From assembly GCA_038087875.1 (NCBI GenBank), contig CM075988.1, forward strand, positions 4,526,001 through 4,590,000: 64,000 nt of DNA, read 5' to 3'. The notes under the pieces are model-generated. The model worked only from the letters and a program-made list of their open reading frames with translations. It had not been told where the DNA came from and did no database searches. A program made the position numbers and the translations under genes. Within the stretch, counting starts at the first letter, position 1; every line of letters starts with the position of its first letter. Of this stretch, positions 25,620 to 36,299 are shown in pieces. This DNA comes from Malacoraja senta (Eukaryota).

Positions 25620-25785
25620 TCTCCATATCTCTCGTTTCCCTCTCCCCTGACTCTCAGACTGAAGACCGGTCTCGACCTGAAACATCACCCATTCCTTACC
25701 TCCAGAGATGCTGCCTGTCCCGCTGAATTACTCCAGCATTTTGTGTCTATCTTCGATTTAAACCAGCATCTGCAGTTCCTTCGTA
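25620..25785 (+). mobile_element. PLE pseudo-LTR
   Basis: ctgaagaccggtctcgacctgaaacatcaccc...ccagcatctgcagttcc. Confidence 0.75.
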
Positions 25786-25889
25786 CTCCCTCCCATTGTG
25801 TCCATTTATACCTCACGCTACCTCGGCAAGGCCAGCAGTATAATCAAGGATGAGTCACAACCTGGCCACTCCTCTTCTCCCCTCTTCCA

Positions 25890-26704
25890 TCGGACAGAGA
25901 AAGAGCCCCCCTAGTCCTTACCTTCCATCCCATCAGCCATCGCATACAACACATAATCTGAAATTTCCGTCACCTTCAACGGGCCCCCAACTAGCCACAT
26001 TTTCCCATCTCCACCCCTTTCCGCATTCCGTAGAGACCCCCTCCCCAGGTACCTTCCACTTCAACCGCAGAAGATGCAACACCTGTCCCTATACCTCCTC
26101 CCTTGATTTGGTAAAGGATCCCGACAGTCCTTTCACGTTAAGCAGAGGTTCACTTGCACCTCCTCCAACCTCATCTACTGTATCCGTTGTTCAAGGTGTG
26201 GACTCTTGTACATCGGCGAGACCAAACTCAGAGTGGGCGATCATTTCGCATAACACCTTCACTCAGCCCGCGTGAACCAACCTGATCTCCCGGTTGCCGG
26301 ACACTTTAATTCTCCTTCCAATTCCTGCACAGACCTTTCTGTCCTCGGTCTCCTCCATTGTCAGAGTGAAGCTAAACACAAATTGGAGGAACAGCATCTC
26401 ATTTTTCGCTTGGGCAGCTTACAGCCCAGTGGTATGAATATTGATTTCTCTCACTTCAGGTAGCCCCGGCATTCCCTCTCTCTCTATCCCTCCACCATCC
26501 AAGTCGCACTAGCTTCTCATTTTCACCCGACGAACAGCTTATAATGGCCTGATTCCTTTATCATCGTTACTTTTTTGCAGATCTTTCATTCATTGTTCTT
26601 TAGCTCTCCACATCACCTTCCATATCTCTCGTTTCCCTTATGCCTAACCAGTCTGAAGAAGGGTCTCGACCCGAAATATCACCCATTCCTTCGCTCCAGA
26701 GATG
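25890..26704 (+). mobile_element. Penelope-like element: GIY-YIG endonuclease region and pseudo-LTR (resumes at ~31409-31455)
   Basis: FTCTSSNLIYCIRCSRCGLLYIGETK...DLPVAGHFNSPS...LEEQHLIFRLGSLQPSGMNIDF. Confidence 0.9.
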
Positions 26705-26862
26705 TCAAGAGTCAAGATTGTTTTATTGCCACATGTCCCAGGTAGAACAATGACATTCTTACTTGTTGCAGCACAACTGAATATGTAAGCATAGTACATA
26801 ATGGGAGAAAAAAAAATCAGTGTGTATATATACACATACACACATACTCAAAAAACAGACAA

Positions 26863-26924
26863 TTTTACTTCGGAGTCACGTGAGTGACTACGTGAAGAAC
26901 CCGCTCAGTGCGCAGGCGCGGCAT
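26863..26924 (+). repeat. DIRS left terminal repeat
   Basis: First 35 nt complementary to ICR 31008-31042; following part complementary to 31238-31273. Confidence 0.9.
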
Positions 26925-27263
26925 TACGCCAGCAGTGCAACAGCGGCGGCAGCTGGAGGAAGGCGCTCCGGCTGCATTTTGAAAAAACGGAACCGTTGGG
27001 TGAGTATATTCAACTAGTCTAACGGAGAAAGAGAGTGTGGGTGTTCTTAGCAAATAAGTACACTCAAGAGAAGACTCTCCACAAGAACTGCCCCAGCTCA
27101 ACTCCACCAGAGGAGCGTTTAATCTCAGGGGGGCAGCAACAGGCGGCAGGAACGCACATAGAGCGCTCCGCTATCCCCGACACCGAGCCGAGCCCAGTCC
27201 CGCTAATGCCTGCACAGCAGACAGGGAGGAAAGCCATGAGAGCAACCGGCCGGTAATGTCTGA

Positions 27264-28298
27264 TTGTCGGATGGGGACATGTCTCCACCTACACGGAGGA
27301 GAGACAGCCGCCAGAGCTTACAACAGCTCTTGGAGCAGATGCTCCAGCGGGATACGCAGAAGGAGCGTTCTCGCGGAGGAAGGTCAGGCACCTCCTCCAC
27401 AGTGTCTTGTGCACTGCCCTCTGCTCCCTCATTACTGGAGGCTAGCATTGGTGACCAGGGTTGGGCTGGTCTGGAAGAGGGGCTGGCGGAAGAATTCGGC
27501 AGTATGCAAGGGGTGCAGGAGCAGGAAGAGCTGCTGGGTGTGGTGGACCGCTATGTAGCAACCCCACGTGCTGGAAGACCGCTGGAACCAAAAATGGCGG
27601 CCAGCATCAATCATCTGTCAAATAAGCCCTTGCAGGAGAAGGTACTTCTTGAGGCGTTTGAATTTTACACAGCACCAGAGAACAGTGAGGCCCTCAGAGT
27701 GAAGACTGTGAACAGCCAGATCTGGGGGCACGTGGGGTCAAACATGCGTAACCATGAAATCAAGCTACAGCGGATCCTAAGGCTCCTGACGTCGGCCATT
27801 ACAGCCTTTGCTCGTTCTGTGCAAAGTACGGAGATGGATACGTGCCAGCAGGATGTGCTGGCACTGATGTGCAACACACAATTTGAGATAAACAATCTCC
27901 GGCGGGGAAACATAAGACCTGCCCTCAATCCCAAATTTGCTGGGTTGTGCAGAGCCCCAGCTGCAGAGACGGACGCTCTGTTATTTGGGAAAGACCTCAA
28001 CAAAAAACTGAGGGACATGGAGGAAGCAGCGAAATCTTTCGGCCTCATGAGGGCAGGCCCTGGGACGAGCAAACCAAGAGCTACAATACCCAAGCGGCAG
28101 CACCCCATGGCATCCACCAGTCGACGTCCTCAATATGGGACTGGTGAAAGCTCGGGGTCCGCATTTTATCCGCAAAGATCTTTTTTAGATCAGGGCCCAC
28201 AGCGGACCCCATGGAAAATGCGCCACCCCCCAACATCGCCAGCACGTCAGACAAGCAAAACCTACAAAAACATCACGAAACAAAAGAAACACCAATGA
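27264..28298 (+). CDS. DIRS gag-like ORF1 (344 aa, uninterrupted)
   Basis: Position upstream of RT; VN..IW, LQ..L, LRRGNIRPALNPKFAGLC, LLFGKDL pattern typical of DIRS ORF1. Confidence 0.75.
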   Translation: MSDGDMSPPTRRRDSRQSLQQLLEQMLQRDTQKERSRGGRSGTSSTVSCALPSAPSLLEASIGDQGWAGLEEGLAEEFGSMQGVQEQEELLGVVDRYVATPRAGRPLEPKMAASINHLSNKPLQEKVLLEAFEFYTAPENSEALRVKTVNSQIWGHVGSNMRNHEIKLQRILRLLTSAITAFARSVQSTEMDTCQQDVLALMCNTQFEINNLRRGNIRPALNPKFAGLCRAPAAETDALLFGKDLNKKLRDMEEAAKSFGLMRAGPGTSKPRATIPKRQHPMASTSRRPQYGTGESSGSAFYPQRSFLDQGPQRTPWKMRHPPTSPARQTSKTYKNITKQKKHQ

Positions 28299-29870
28299 AC
28301 ATGGAGGTAGGTGGGTCTGGTTCCAGCCAGCATATAGAGAATAAGGGTGCTTTACTAACAGAGGGGAGATTACACTGGTTTAAAGAAGCATGGGATACTG
28401 TCACGTGTGACAAGTATATACTCAACAGCATTAGTGGAGAGGTCATCCAAAAGACCAAACATGAACCTTTGGAATTTGTATCAAATAAAACCAAAAAAGA
28501 TGGTGGATGTCGCATCATCATTGACTTAACATCACTAAATAAGTTTGTTGAGTATATACATTTCAAAATGGAGACATTTGTTACTGCCAAACAACTGATT
28601 TCCAAAGGATACTTCATGGCAAGCATTGATCTTAAAGATGCTTACTATCTAATACCCATACACAAGGATCATTGCAGATACCTAAAATTTATCTGGTTGG
28701 GGCAGCTGAGGCAGTACAAAGCATTGCCCAATGGGCTAACTTCAGCCCCAAGATTATTCATCAAAATATTGAAAATAGCCATGGCAAGACTAAGAAACAA
28801 AAACATATTGTCATGGCATACCTGGATGATATTCAGATAGTAGGGAAAACGATGGAATTGGCTGTGGCAGCAGTATCAGCTACAAAACAGCTGATCGAAA
28901 CTCTGGGGTTCGTCCTACATCCAGATAAATCTAAGTTGAAGCCATCCACTATTATGGACTACCTGGGCTTCACAATTAACTCAGTCCATATGACTGTTAC
29001 TGTTATCAGCTACAGTGGTGGGCAGAAAATGTTTGGCATAGTTTCAGCTCTATCATCATCACTAACCCTACTTTAGTTCTTCAAACAGATGCCAGTGCTC
29101 AAGGCTGGGGAACAACTAACTCCATATCCAGCACAGGTGGTAGATGGACTAACCTAGAGTCATCATTACTACTGACACTGGGCATTAACTATCTAGAGAT
29201 GTTGGGCGCCTTTTATGGGTTAAAAGCATATGTATCGAATATGCAGCACGTGCATGTTCGGTTACAGATTGATAATACTATGGTGGTGGCTTATATTAAC
29301 CATATGGGCGGCATAAAATCATTATCATGCGACAAATTGGTCAACGTGATTTGGCTATGGTGTGTCGAAAGACATATTTGGCTATCAGCTACTTATCTAC
29401 CAGGTAAGCTAAACACAGTGGCAGACACCAGGTCATGCAAATTCAATGATAACATCGAATGGATGTTAAACCCTAAAGTATTTGCTAAAGTTGTTAAGCA
29501 GTATGGAACGCCAGATATCGATGTATTTGCATCAAGACGAAATCACCAGTTACCTATATATGTCGCTTGGGAACCAGACCCAGAGGCAGCAGCGATAGAT
29601 GCCTTCACGCTGGATTGGGGAAATGTCTTCTTCTATGCTTTCCCTCCCTTCTGCCTCATCAGTCGGGTACTTCGCAAAATACAGATGGACTCTGCTTCTG
29701 GAATTTTGATGGTGGACTGGCCTACACAGCCATGGTTCCCGGTTCTACATGACATGGTGGTTGAGTCACCAATGGTCTTTCCCAGTGATCCAGGATTATT
29801 AACTCACCCAGTATCAGGCATAAGCCACCCATGCCATGAGAAAATTAAACTCCTGGGTTGCAGGTTTTGA
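28295..29870 (+). pseudogene. DIRS RT / RNase H / adenine-methyltransferase-like ORF (frameshifted, internal deletions)
   Basis: KKDGGCRIIIDL, HFKMET, SIDLKDAYY, LPNGLTSAPRLF, YLDD; LQIDN..VAYINHMGG; IDVFASRRN...DAFTLDW...YAFPPF. Confidence 0.9.
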
Positions 29871-30839
29871 ATAGACCTTACCTGGAACTGGGATTGTCCG
29901 AACGAACCATCACCACCATGTCGGCATCCCTTTGAACATCCACCAAGAGGCAGTACTGAATCAGCATAAGAAAATGGGAGAAGTACTGCCAGGAAACAGG
30001 GACAACGTATGCAACAGCCACAGCCACCAACGTACTGGAATTCCTGGCCCATCTACACCATGGTGAAGGGATCAGTTACAGTGCCATCAACACAGCGCGA
30101 AGTGCTCTTTCTGCTTATCTCAAACCAGCAGGACAACAGGCAATGGGATCCCATCCACTGGTGGTAAAACTGATGAAGGGCATTTATGATATCAAGCCCC
30201 TAAACCCAGGTATACCCATATTTGGGATATCAGTGTGGTCCTGACATACCTCAGGGAATGGCCACCAGCCAGATCCCTCAGCCTCGAGCAATCTACACTA
30301 AAGACGCTCATGTTGATGGCACTCGTATCCGCTCAGAGGGTCCAGTCACTACACAAGTTAAGGCTGGACAACATGGTGACCACCGCAGATCAGATCACAT
30401 TCATCATACAGGGTCTGGTGAAGCAAAGCAGGCCAGGAACAGCTAATCCACTGGTGGTATTCCAGGCCTACCCACAAGAGCCACGGTTGTGTGTCGTGAC
30501 CCATCTACAACATTATATAGACACAACCCACAATATCAGAGGGAGTGAAAAAGCCTTATGGGTCAGCCACAAGTAACCTCATGGCCGGGTAACGAGCCAA
30601 ACCATTTCAAGATGGCTCAAACAGGTACTGAAGGCTGCCGGAATAGATACTAATACATTTAAATCTCATTCCACTAGGGCAGCATCTACATCAACGGCCG
30701 ACAGAATGGACGTACCGGTTGACCATATTCTGAATACAGCAGGATGGTCGAGGGAAACGACATTCAGAACTTTTATAATAAGCCATTGATGAAACCTGAT
30801 TTATTTGCAGAGAAAATATTACAAGCTGCAAATATTTAA
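29871..30839 (+). pseudogene. DIRS tyrosine recombinase (stops and frameshifts)
   Basis: AINTARSALS, SAQRVQSL, FKSHSTRAAST, AGWSRETTFRTF(Y). Confidence 0.9.
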
Positions 30840-31007
30840 TTTAAGCCCGGGGGAGCACTTTAATTTTGTTATTGTTAATAAATACCTTTTTTGTTTCTTG
30901 AGAAACAGATTCATTGGTTGATTACGATAACACTTCCTCCCTCAAGATCTTTCGGCAGTGAGTGAAATAAAACTGTTACACGGTTTGAAATCACAGAGCT
31001 TTGAAAT

Positions 31008-31119
31008 CTTCACGTAGTCACTCACGTGACTCCGAAGTAAAATAGTAAGATTAAACGAGATCTTACCAGTTTGAAGTTTGATCTGTATTTTATGAGGAGT
31101 TACGATGAGGGATTACGTG
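31008..31119 (+). repeat. DIRS internal complementary region (ICR)
   Basis: Complementary to element start (26863-26897) and to right extension (31268-31346). Confidence 0.92.
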
Positions 31120-31237
31120 CCCTCCGCTCCCACCCTCATTATATGGATCAAACTAATAAATTGATGTCTCCTTTTCTTTACTATGTTTACTTCAAATACT
31201 TGTGTCTATCTGTGATTCCACACCGCTGCTTGGAAGT

Positions 31238-31346
31238 ATGCCGCGCCTGCGCACTGAGCGGGTTCTTCACGTAATCCCTCATCGTAACTCCTCATAAAAT
31301 ACAGATCAAACTTCAAACTGGTAAGTTCTCGTTTAATCTTACTATT
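31238..31346 (+). repeat. DIRS right terminal repeat plus right extension
   Basis: atgccgcgcctgcgcactgagcgggttcttcacgta inverts the left repeat; remainder inverts the ICR. Confidence 0.92.
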
Positions 31347-32157
31347 ATAGTGCAGTAATAATAATACTATTGTAGTTCAGAGCTTATTTGTTGTCATGTT
31401 TAATAGCCTGCTGCCTGTCCTGCTGCGTTACTCCAGCTTTTTGTGTCTATCTTCGACAAAAGGTATAGAAGTGTGAAAACGTACACCAACAGTTTCAAGG
31501 ACAGTTTCTTCTCAGTTGTTACCAGGCAACTGAACCATCCTACCACAAGTAGAGAGCAGTGTTAAACTGCCATCTACCTCATTGGTGACCCTTGGACTTT
31601 GCCGGGTTTAACCTTACACTAAACATGAATCCCCTACCATGTATCTATACACTGTAAATGGATCGATTGTAATCATATATTGTCTTTCTGCTGACTGGTT
31701 AGCACGCAACAAAATCTTTTCACTGTACCTCAGTACACGTGACAATAAACTAAACTGAAACTGAATCACCAGTGCTACCAGGAGTACTCAGTTGGCACGA
31801 AGGTCAAGGGGAATCTTACTAATGCCTCAGTTTGACACAAATTAACAAAATACTTTGTTGTGTTGCTTGTCCACTAGTGGTACTGAGATTCACAGAAAAC
31901 AACGTGGGCTATCACCACGGCTAACTCTGCCTTTTCTCAATCCTTTCACCGATTACAAATTGGATTAACTTTTTACTGATTTAATCTGAATTATTTTTCA
32001 AATTTTTAAGATTTGAATTTGTCATAGAGTCATAGTCACATGCAGTCTGGAGACAGACCCAACTTGCCCACACCAACCAACATGAACCATCTCCACTAGT
32101 CCCACCTGCCTGCATTTGGCCCATATCGCTCTAAACCTAACCTATCCATGTACCTGT

Positions 32158-32361
32158 TTGGCGGATGAGACGAGAGTCGATTTTCCAAACGAGTTTTAAT
32201 AGCGAAACGATTAAATCAACGAAGTGACTCAACACAGCCAATACACAGATCCAGCCACAACGGTGATCCAGAACGACTGAAGGGGCATCGCTCAGAAAGC
32301 GCGCAAAACACAACCCCTCCCCTGAGTCGTCCGAGGCACCCGACCGCAGGGTTCGATTACA
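32158..32361 (-). mobile_element. Probable short solo LTR inside a CR1 3' end (32022-32670, -)
   Basis: cctgt direct repeats either side; - strand starts TGTAA and has ATTAAA near its end. Confidence 0.6.
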
Positions 32362-33109
32362 CCTGTATAAATATTTCCTAAACCTAGTGAAAGTACCTGC
32401 CTCAATTACCTCCTCCAGCAGCTCATTAAATACACCTACCACACACTGTGTAAAATATTTGCCCCTCTGGTTCCTACCACATCTTTTCTCCCTCACCTCA
32501 AATCTATAATAATAATAATAATAGATTTTATTTATATAGCGCTTTTCAGGACTCAAATTCGCTTAATATGTCCTCTGATTCTTGATTCCCCTACTCTGGG
32601 CAAAAGACTCTGGGCATTAACCCTATCTATTCCGCTCATGAGCTTGTACATCTCTGTAAGAACACCTCTTGAGCGCTTTCTCCTAGTTTTCTCCCAGTTT
32701 CAATGTAAAAATCTCACCCAAGTTTTGTATTGAGCAATAAGAGCTTCCAGAAACTTTGTATAGGGTTCAGCCAAGGTTCACAGTTGGAGAGTGTGGTGCT
32801 TTCATGGAAGATACCCTACATATTCAACTCCAATTCCCCTTCTTGCTCACCATTCACTCCCATCCCTCTGACCATTCACCCCCACCCTGGATCGTTGCTA
32901 CTCACTCCTGTGGATATCTCCATTCAAACCTCATCAGTAGTAGGCCAAGGCCACACCTACAAGTCCCCTTGCCCATTCTGACCATTGGTTTTGCCTTGTC
33001 CCAACTGAGTCTAATTGTCTGGAATCCTCCCTTATACCAAACATCTCACCACTGATTTCTTCTTCCCATCAATTCCAGATCCAAAGCTCCCTCCCTACAT
33101 CTCAGGCGG

Positions 33110-33392
33110 CTGACATAGTGGCACAGCGGTAGAGTTGTTGCCTTACAGCGCTTACAGTGCCAGAGACCCGGGTTCGATCCTGGCTCCGGGTGCTGTCTGT
33201 ACAGTTTGGTTTTCTCCGAACTTCGGTTTCCCCCCACACTCCAAAGATGTACAGGTTTGTAGGCTTATTGACGGTATAACTGTGAAAAATTGTCCTTAGT
33301 GTATGTAGGATAGTGTTAATGTGCGGGGATCGTTGGTCGGTGTGGACCCAGTGGGCCGAAGGGCATGTTTCCTGCTGTATCTCCAAACTAAA
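33110..33392 (+). mobile_element. HE1-like V-SINE
   Basis: Head, internally deleted V-domain, tail. Confidence 0.9.
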
Positions 33393-33589
33393 CAAAATTA
33401 ATCTCCCTACTGCTGTCTTTCTCTTCTCTCCTTCTTCAAACAGATCTTTGGCCAACAATCTCAACTTTCTTTGGATCACTGTTGGGTTTCTTTGTTCCTT
33501 TGGTGAGACATTCTTTAGTTGCCTGACAAACCTAGCGGAATATCCAAGTGTAATCGGCAACAAATTTCAGTAATGAAACCCACCCCAGG

Positions 33590-33865
33590 ACGTTCTTTTA
33601 TTAAGGAGATGAGGAGAAATTTCTTTAGTCAGAGGGTGGTGAATCTGTGGAATTATTTTCCACTGATGGCTGTAGAGGCCAAGTTAGTAGATATTTTTAA
33701 GGCAGAGATAGATAGATTCTTGATTAGTACAGGTATCAGAGGTTATGGGGAGAAGACAGGGGAATGTGATTTGGAGGGTGAGATAGATCAGCCATGATTG
33801 AATGGCAGAGTAGACTTGATGAGCTGAATGGCCTAATTCTAATCCTACTCCTTATGGCTTATGGC
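33590..33865 (+). mobile_element. CR1 3' end
   Basis: EMRRNFFSQRVVNLWN...IFKAEIDRFL. Confidence 0.9.
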
Positions 33866-33989
33866 CCATGAATTCCCCACCAAAGAAGCGCAACATCACA
33901 TCACAAATATTGGTTGAAATTGGGAGTTGAAACTTGGAAAAGCCAGGATGTAGATGGAGGGTCACATCATCTTGGCCATGCTCTCTTTT

Positions 33990-34285
33990 CTAGTCCAGCC
34001 CTGAGGGAGAAGGTACAGGAGTCTGAAAACCATTAAAGCCCGGTTCAAGAAAACATTCTTTCCAACAACCATTCGGATTTTGAACACTACACAAAACTAA
34101 TCTCAACCATGTGCTGCCTCTGTTGCACAAGGACTTTGGGTATTTTTGTACTGGTACTGTGGTTATTAATCTGTTGATCAAAAAAACATGTATTAACTAT
34201 ATTTGTCGGGTTTATAGGCCTGTGTACGTTGCAGCAAGTAAGAATTTAATTGTTCAGTTGTTGGTTCATATGACAATTAAACACT
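33990..34285 (+). mobile_element. Rex1/Babar-like 3' end
   Basis: GRRYRSLKT...RFKKTFFPTTIRILN plus UTR. Confidence 0.7.
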
Positions 34286-34304
34286 AGATACAATGCTAGA
34301 TAAA

Positions 34305-34920
34305 CACTCCATTGTCCGATTGAGGCCAAATGCAAATTTAACGGAACAGCACTTTATATTTTGCTTGGGCAGCTTACACCCCAGTCCCTAACTTCAAGTA
34401 ACCCTTGCTTTCCCCCTCTCTCCCTCCCTCCCTCATCCTAGTTCCAGATTACATTTTATCTTTGTATGCTTCGTTGTCAACTTCCCATAGCTAACAACAA
34501 TCTATTCTGCTTTTTCCTTGACCATCGTCCACTTTGATGTCTCGTTTTCACACCTTATCCATCCATATCTCCGTGTCTCCCTCTCCCCTGAGTCTGAAGA
34601 AGGGGGTCGGCCCAAAACATCCTTCTAAGCAGAGATGCCGCCTGTCCTGCTGAGTTACTCCAACATTGTGTGTCTATCTACTGCATAAAAGGTGCCGGTT
34701 TACAAGAAGTGGGACAAAGTGCTTGAGCAACTCAGCAAGTCAGGCAGCATCTCTGAAGAACATGGATAGGTAACGTTTTAGATTGGGGTACTTCTTCAGA
34801 CTGGTCAACAGTTTGAAGAAGAGTCTTGACCCAAAACATCAGCTAGCTGCCTATCCACATTCTCCAGAAATGTTGCCTGACCTGCTGAATTACTCCCATA
34901 CTTAGTGTCATTTTTTTGTA
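34305..34920. mobile_element. PLE 3' end with pseudo-LTR (34305-34680, +) and palindromic pLTR element (34710-34920)
   Basis: EQHFIFCLGSLHPS; ctgaagaaggggg..; inverted arms. Confidence 0.75.
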
Positions 34921-34944
34921 AATTAACTACTCTTGAATCTTAGC

Positions 34945-35215
34945 TTAGTTTAGTTTAGAGATACAGCTCATAAACAGGCCCTTCGGCGCACCGAGTCCAT
35001 ACCGACCAGGATCCCCGCACAGTAACACCACCTAACACCAATTTACCTTCATATCAGTACGTCTTTGGAGTGTGGGAGGAAACCGAAGATCTCGGAGATC
35101 ATGGAGAACGTACAAACACCATACAGGCAGCACCAGTAGTCGGGATCACACCCTGGTCTCCGGCACTGCAAGCATTGTAAGGCAACAACTCTAACACTGC
35201 GCCACCGTGCCGCCC
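34945..35215 (-). mobile_element. HE1-like V-SINE
   Basis: Tail to head on - strand. Confidence 0.85.
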
Positions 35216-36299
35216 AATTCTTAATTCTTGAGTGATCCAGCGACATAAAATGAAACGATCTCAAAGGTTCGGTCGGGAGTTTTGAGAATATTCCACTGCC
35301 TCCAAAGAGATACCAGCCATGTACAGTCTCTTGTTACACATCTTGCCTGATCACCAGCACAGCAAATATTTGATTCAGGACCCAAAGAAATACTCTTGAT
35401 GACTGGAACTAGAAAGGAATAAAATTCTTCATGATAAAAAACAGACACGAATGTGCATACAGATTGGAGGCTATGATCCTTATATTGAAATTCTAGCCAC
35501 ATGCCCGCTCGCTGTTAATTCCCACACCATTTGAGTTCATTGCAAATGTATCAAGATTAAGACCAGGTTTTTAATATTGCATAAGTGCTACCTCAGCGAA
35601 CAGGGATGTTGCATGTAAGTTCATCGAAGGTCGGCCTCACAGTCTGACAAAGATGACTGGAACCAAGAGGAATGCAGTGAATCTAAACCGTCAGCTTTGA
35701 CTCCAAAACCCTCTGCGGATAATGTAACATAAATTAATGCCCACCTCCGCGGTCATTGGGTTTACGTGGGAAATGCAGCAAAATGGGAAGGTGATAAAAA
35801 TGTCCACTGTTATGTAACCCGAGGGAGGCAGATCCTGACCGGAGAAAGGACAATGTATCTAGCAGGAGGAACTCCCTTTGGTAATGTCACTGGAACACAT
35901 TGACATGCCGAGGATAGAATGTCATTGTGGGAAGAACAAAGGATCACCATGTCATTCTGCCCTGTGGCACAAACGTGCTCTGAATTCAGGGACAATGGTG
36001 AGTGTTCTCTTACTGAAATAAACTCATGCTCCATTACGGATAGACATTACATTCTCAGCTATTATCATCACATGTGGTGCAATGTATATTGCGGTAATAT
36101 ACATTTGAGTGCATCATACCATGTGTAAATGTCCTTGGGTCACATTCAGTTGCTGTTTCGAAAGTTCAATGCAATCATTTTGGATGGATAGTCAGAAGTT
36201 TTTATTGTGATAGTCCTTTCAGTTTATGCAGAAAGCACCAGCAGTGAATCAAATCTCTTGTTCATTCATCTTCACTACAGGTCTTTCTCCGTCATTGTC

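Larger units (their letters stand above)
26863..31346 (+). mobile_element. DIRS1-like tyrosine-recombinase retrotransposon, structurally complete but coding-defective
   Basis: Inverted termini, ICR, gag, RT, RNaseH, MT and YR domains; ATT core at both junctions. Confidence 0.95.

Noticed and set aside
35221..35502. Possible exon on - strand after attcctttctag
   Set aside because: No recognisable protein and no convincing donor site
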